From: Gemmatimonadota bacterium
GTDB taxonomy: Bacteria > Gemmatimonadota > Gemmatimonadetes > Palauibacterales > Palauibacteraceae
Direction of reading: 5' to 3'
DNA length: 17,288 bases
Assembly: GCA_039588275.1 (NCBI GenBank)
Contig: JBDHAC010000067.1
Location: 1-17,288 of the forward strand
The first letter of the stretch is position 1. Every line of letters begins with the position of its first letter. The translations under genes were made by a program, and so were the position numbers. Below are positions 15,111 to 17,288 of the stretch, piece by piece. The notes beneath the pieces are model-generated. The model ran no database searches. It worked only from the letters and a program-made list of their open reading frames with translations, and had not been told where the DNA came from.

Positions 15111-15290
15111 CACGCACGCCTACCGTGCCGGTCACGACGCCGGTTCGTCAGGCAGAACTTTCGTGTCGAATTTGGCGTATGGCATACGTCGTCCTCAGGT
15201 GGCCCGATCCCGCACGCATCGACCGGGATCTCGCAGCGTCAAACGGGGTTCCAAGGGGACTCTCTGAGCTCGAACCAGCGGTGAACTAAC

Positions 15291-17288
15291 GTGAAGCTTT
15301 CGGACATATCGATTCGCCGGCCCGTTCTCGCCAGCATGATGAGCACGGCGCTCGTCCTGTTCGGCGCCATCGCCTTCGGGCGACTGTCCGTGCGCGAGTA
15401 TCCGGACACCGACTCGCCGATCATCTCGGTGAGCGTCGTGTTACCCGGTGCGAACCCGCGCGTCATCGAGTCGACGATCACGGACATCCTCGAGGAAGAG
15501 CTCGCGACCATCGAGGGGATCCGGACGTTGACGAGCGCGAGCGCCGAGCAATCGGCGAACATCACGATCGAGTTCCACCTCACGCGCGAACTCGAGGCGG
15601 CAGCGCAGGACGTGCGCGACAAGGTCGCCCGCGTCCGGGGCCGGCTCCCACAGGACATCCTGGAGCCCGTGGTCGCGAAGGTGGACAACGACGCGCAGCC
15701 GTTCTTCTGGCTCGCGCTCTCGGGCGAGAACTACACGCTGATGCAGCTGTCAGACATTGGCGATCGGCAGGTGAAGACCCGCCTCCAGAGCCTGCCCGGC
15801 GTGGGGAGCGCGCAGGTGTTCGGCGAGCGCCGCTACTCGATGCGCGTGTGGCTCAGGGCCGCGGAGCTAGCCGCCCGCGGGCTCACGGTGCAGGACGTCG
15901 AGGCGGCGATCCGGAGTCGCAACGTGGAGGTGCCGGCCGGCCGGATCGAGTCGCAGCGGCGCGAGTTCACGGTGCGCTCTCTGGGCGAGCTCAAGACCGC
16001 CGGGGAATTCGGCCGCATGGTCGTCTCGACGCAGAACGGACAGGTCGTGCGGCTCAGCGACGTGGCCCGGGTGGAGCTGGGGCCGGAGGATTACCGCAGC
16101 GCGTTGCGCTTCAACGGGATCACCGCGGTCGCGGTCGGGGTCGTCCGGCAGTCGAAGGCCAACCTGATCGAGGTGTCGGACGGGATCCGGGGGGAGCTCC
16201 CCGCCATCCAGGCTTCGTTGCCGCCGGGCGTGTCGCTGGACCTCGCCTTCGACGGGGCCGACTTCGTGCGCACCTCGATCCGCGAGGCGGAGGACACGCT
16301 GATCCTGGCGGGGATCCTCGTGGTGTTCATCATCTTCGTCTTCCTGCGCAACCTGCGTGGCACCTTGATCCCAGGGCTCGCCATCCCGACGTCGGTCGTG
16401 GCGGCGTTCGGGCTCATGTACATACTCGGGTTTACGATCAACAACCTGACGCTGCTCGCGCTCATCCTCGCGATCGGGATCGTGGTGGACGACGCGATCA
16501 TCGTGATGGAGAACGCGTTCCGGCACCAGGACGAGCTGGGGGAGGACCCGACCACCGCCGCGCTGCACGGGACGCGCGAGATCGCGTTCGCCGTGATCGC
16601 CACCACGGTGGCACTGGTCGCCGTGTTCTCGCCCCTCGCGTTCCTGCAGGGGACCACGGGGCGGCTGTTCAACGAGTTCGGGATCGCGATGGCCGGGGCC
16701 GTCGTGGTCTCCTCGTTCGTCGCGCTGAGCCTGACGCCCATGCTGTGCGCGAAGATCCTTCGCGTGCGGCGTTCCCACGGGCGCGTGTACAACTCGCTCG
16801 AGCGCGGCTTCCAGGCCGTCGCCAACGGGTACGGAGTGGCGCTGCGTTGGGCCCTCGGGCACCGCAAGACCGTAGTCGCCGCGGGTGTGGCCTCGATCGC
16901 GCTCGCGGTCGTCGTCTTCAACCAGCTGGAGCGCGAGTTCGTACCACCCGAGGACCGCGACTTCTTCATCATCTTCACCGTCGGTCCGGAGGGATCGACG
17001 CTCGAGTACACCGACAGCTACCAGCGACAGGTCGAGGCCGTGCTCGCGCGCACGCCGGAGGTGGACCAGTACTTCAGTCTGGTCGGGGGGTTCGTCCCCG
17101 TCTCCAGCGGCATCGCGTTCGTGAAGCTGGTCGACATCGACGAACGAGAACGGGGCGTCGAGGAGATCCTCGCAGAGGTGCGCCCGCAGCTGTTCGGGAT
17201 CCCGGGCGTGTTCGCCTTTGCCAGCAACCCGCCCGCGTTCGGGTTTGGGAACCCGGTGAACTTCGTCGTCCGACACCCGGACTTCGAC
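15291..17288 (+). CDS. RND efflux transporter permease subunit (AcrB/MdtB-like; partial, runs off the right edge)
   Basis: Manual translation from GTG 15291: MKLSDISIRRPVLASMMSTALVLFG...LSVREYPD...PGANPRVIESTITDILEE...; TM4 GIVVDDAIIVMEN with the proton-relay DD; LSLTPMLCA. Appears open to the end of the window (666 codons). Confidence 0.95.
   Translation, partial: MKLSDISIRRPVLASMMSTALVLFGAIAFGRLSVREYPDTDSPIISVSVVLPGANPRVIESTITDILEEELATIEGIRTLTSASAEQSANITIEFHLTRELEAAAQDVRDKVARVRGRLPQDILEPVVAKVDNDAQPFFWLALSGENYTLMQLSDIGDRQVKTRLQSLPGVGSAQVFGERRYSMRVWLRAAELAARGLTVQDVEAAIRSRNVEVPAGRIESQRREFTVRSLGELKTAGEFGRMVVSTQNGQVVRLSDVARVELGPEDYRSALRFNGITAVAVGVVRQSKANLIEVSDGIRGELPAIQASLPPGVSLDLAFDGADFVRTSIREAEDTLILAGILVVFIIFVFLRNLRGTLIPGLAIPTSVVAAFGLMYILGFTINNLTLLALILAIGIVVDDAIIVMENAFRHQDELGEDPTTAALHGTREIAFAVIATTVALVAVFSPLAFLQGTTGRLFNEFGIAMAGAVVVSSFVALSLTPMLCAKILRVRRSHGRVYNSLERGFQAVANGYGVALRWALGHRKTVVAAGVASIALAVVVFNQLEREFVPPEDRDFFIIFTVGPEGSTLEYTDSYQRQVEAVLARTPEVDQYFSLVGGFVPVSSGIAFVKLVDIDERERGVEEILAEVRPQLFGIPGVFAFASNPPAFGFGNPVNFVVRHPDFD

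Noticed and set aside
1..17288. CRISPR array, tRNA/rRNA, IS/integrase, prophage or defence genes
   Set aside because: No regularly spaced repeat-spacer array, RNA-gene signature, transposase/integrase motif or sustained compositional shift seen by eye.

Overview
High-GC bacterial chromosomal window with no mobile element, CRISPR array or rRNA/tRNA. The gene style (lipoproteins, beta-propeller, DUF3179, LytS/LytTR pair) suggests a Gemmatimonadota-like organism, which is inference only. Left to right: the 5' end of sufC (minus strand), with a sigma70 promoter overlapped by a Fur-like palindrome; an MDR oxidoreductase, glpD, a small lipoprotein and an NSS-family Na+ symporter; a 50-aa membrane microprotein absent from the ORF track, behind a candidate sigma54 promoter; a CDGSH [2Fe-2S] protein and an exported M20 peptidase (minus strand); a five-gene extracytoplasmic thiol/metal cluster; a LytS/LytTR two-component system followed by spaced direct repeats; and the 5' two-thirds of an RND permease, also absent from the ORF track. 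The five-gene cluster is a DUF3179 lipoprotein lacking its usual Cys/Sec, a beta-propeller-TlpA fusion lipoprotein, a secreted C-X10-H-X2-C-X3-C protein, a strongly degenerate ECF sigma-like protein and a zinc-binding transmembrane anti-sigma. It is the best candidate for an undescribed system. Three consecutive intergenic regions carry the same (G/T)GAAC-N18-GTT SigR/SigH-type promoter, yet the local 'sigma' has lost the DAED and -35-recognition consensus residues, suggesting a decoy or non-canonically activated sigma. All family assignments come from reading motifs by eye; no database search was run.
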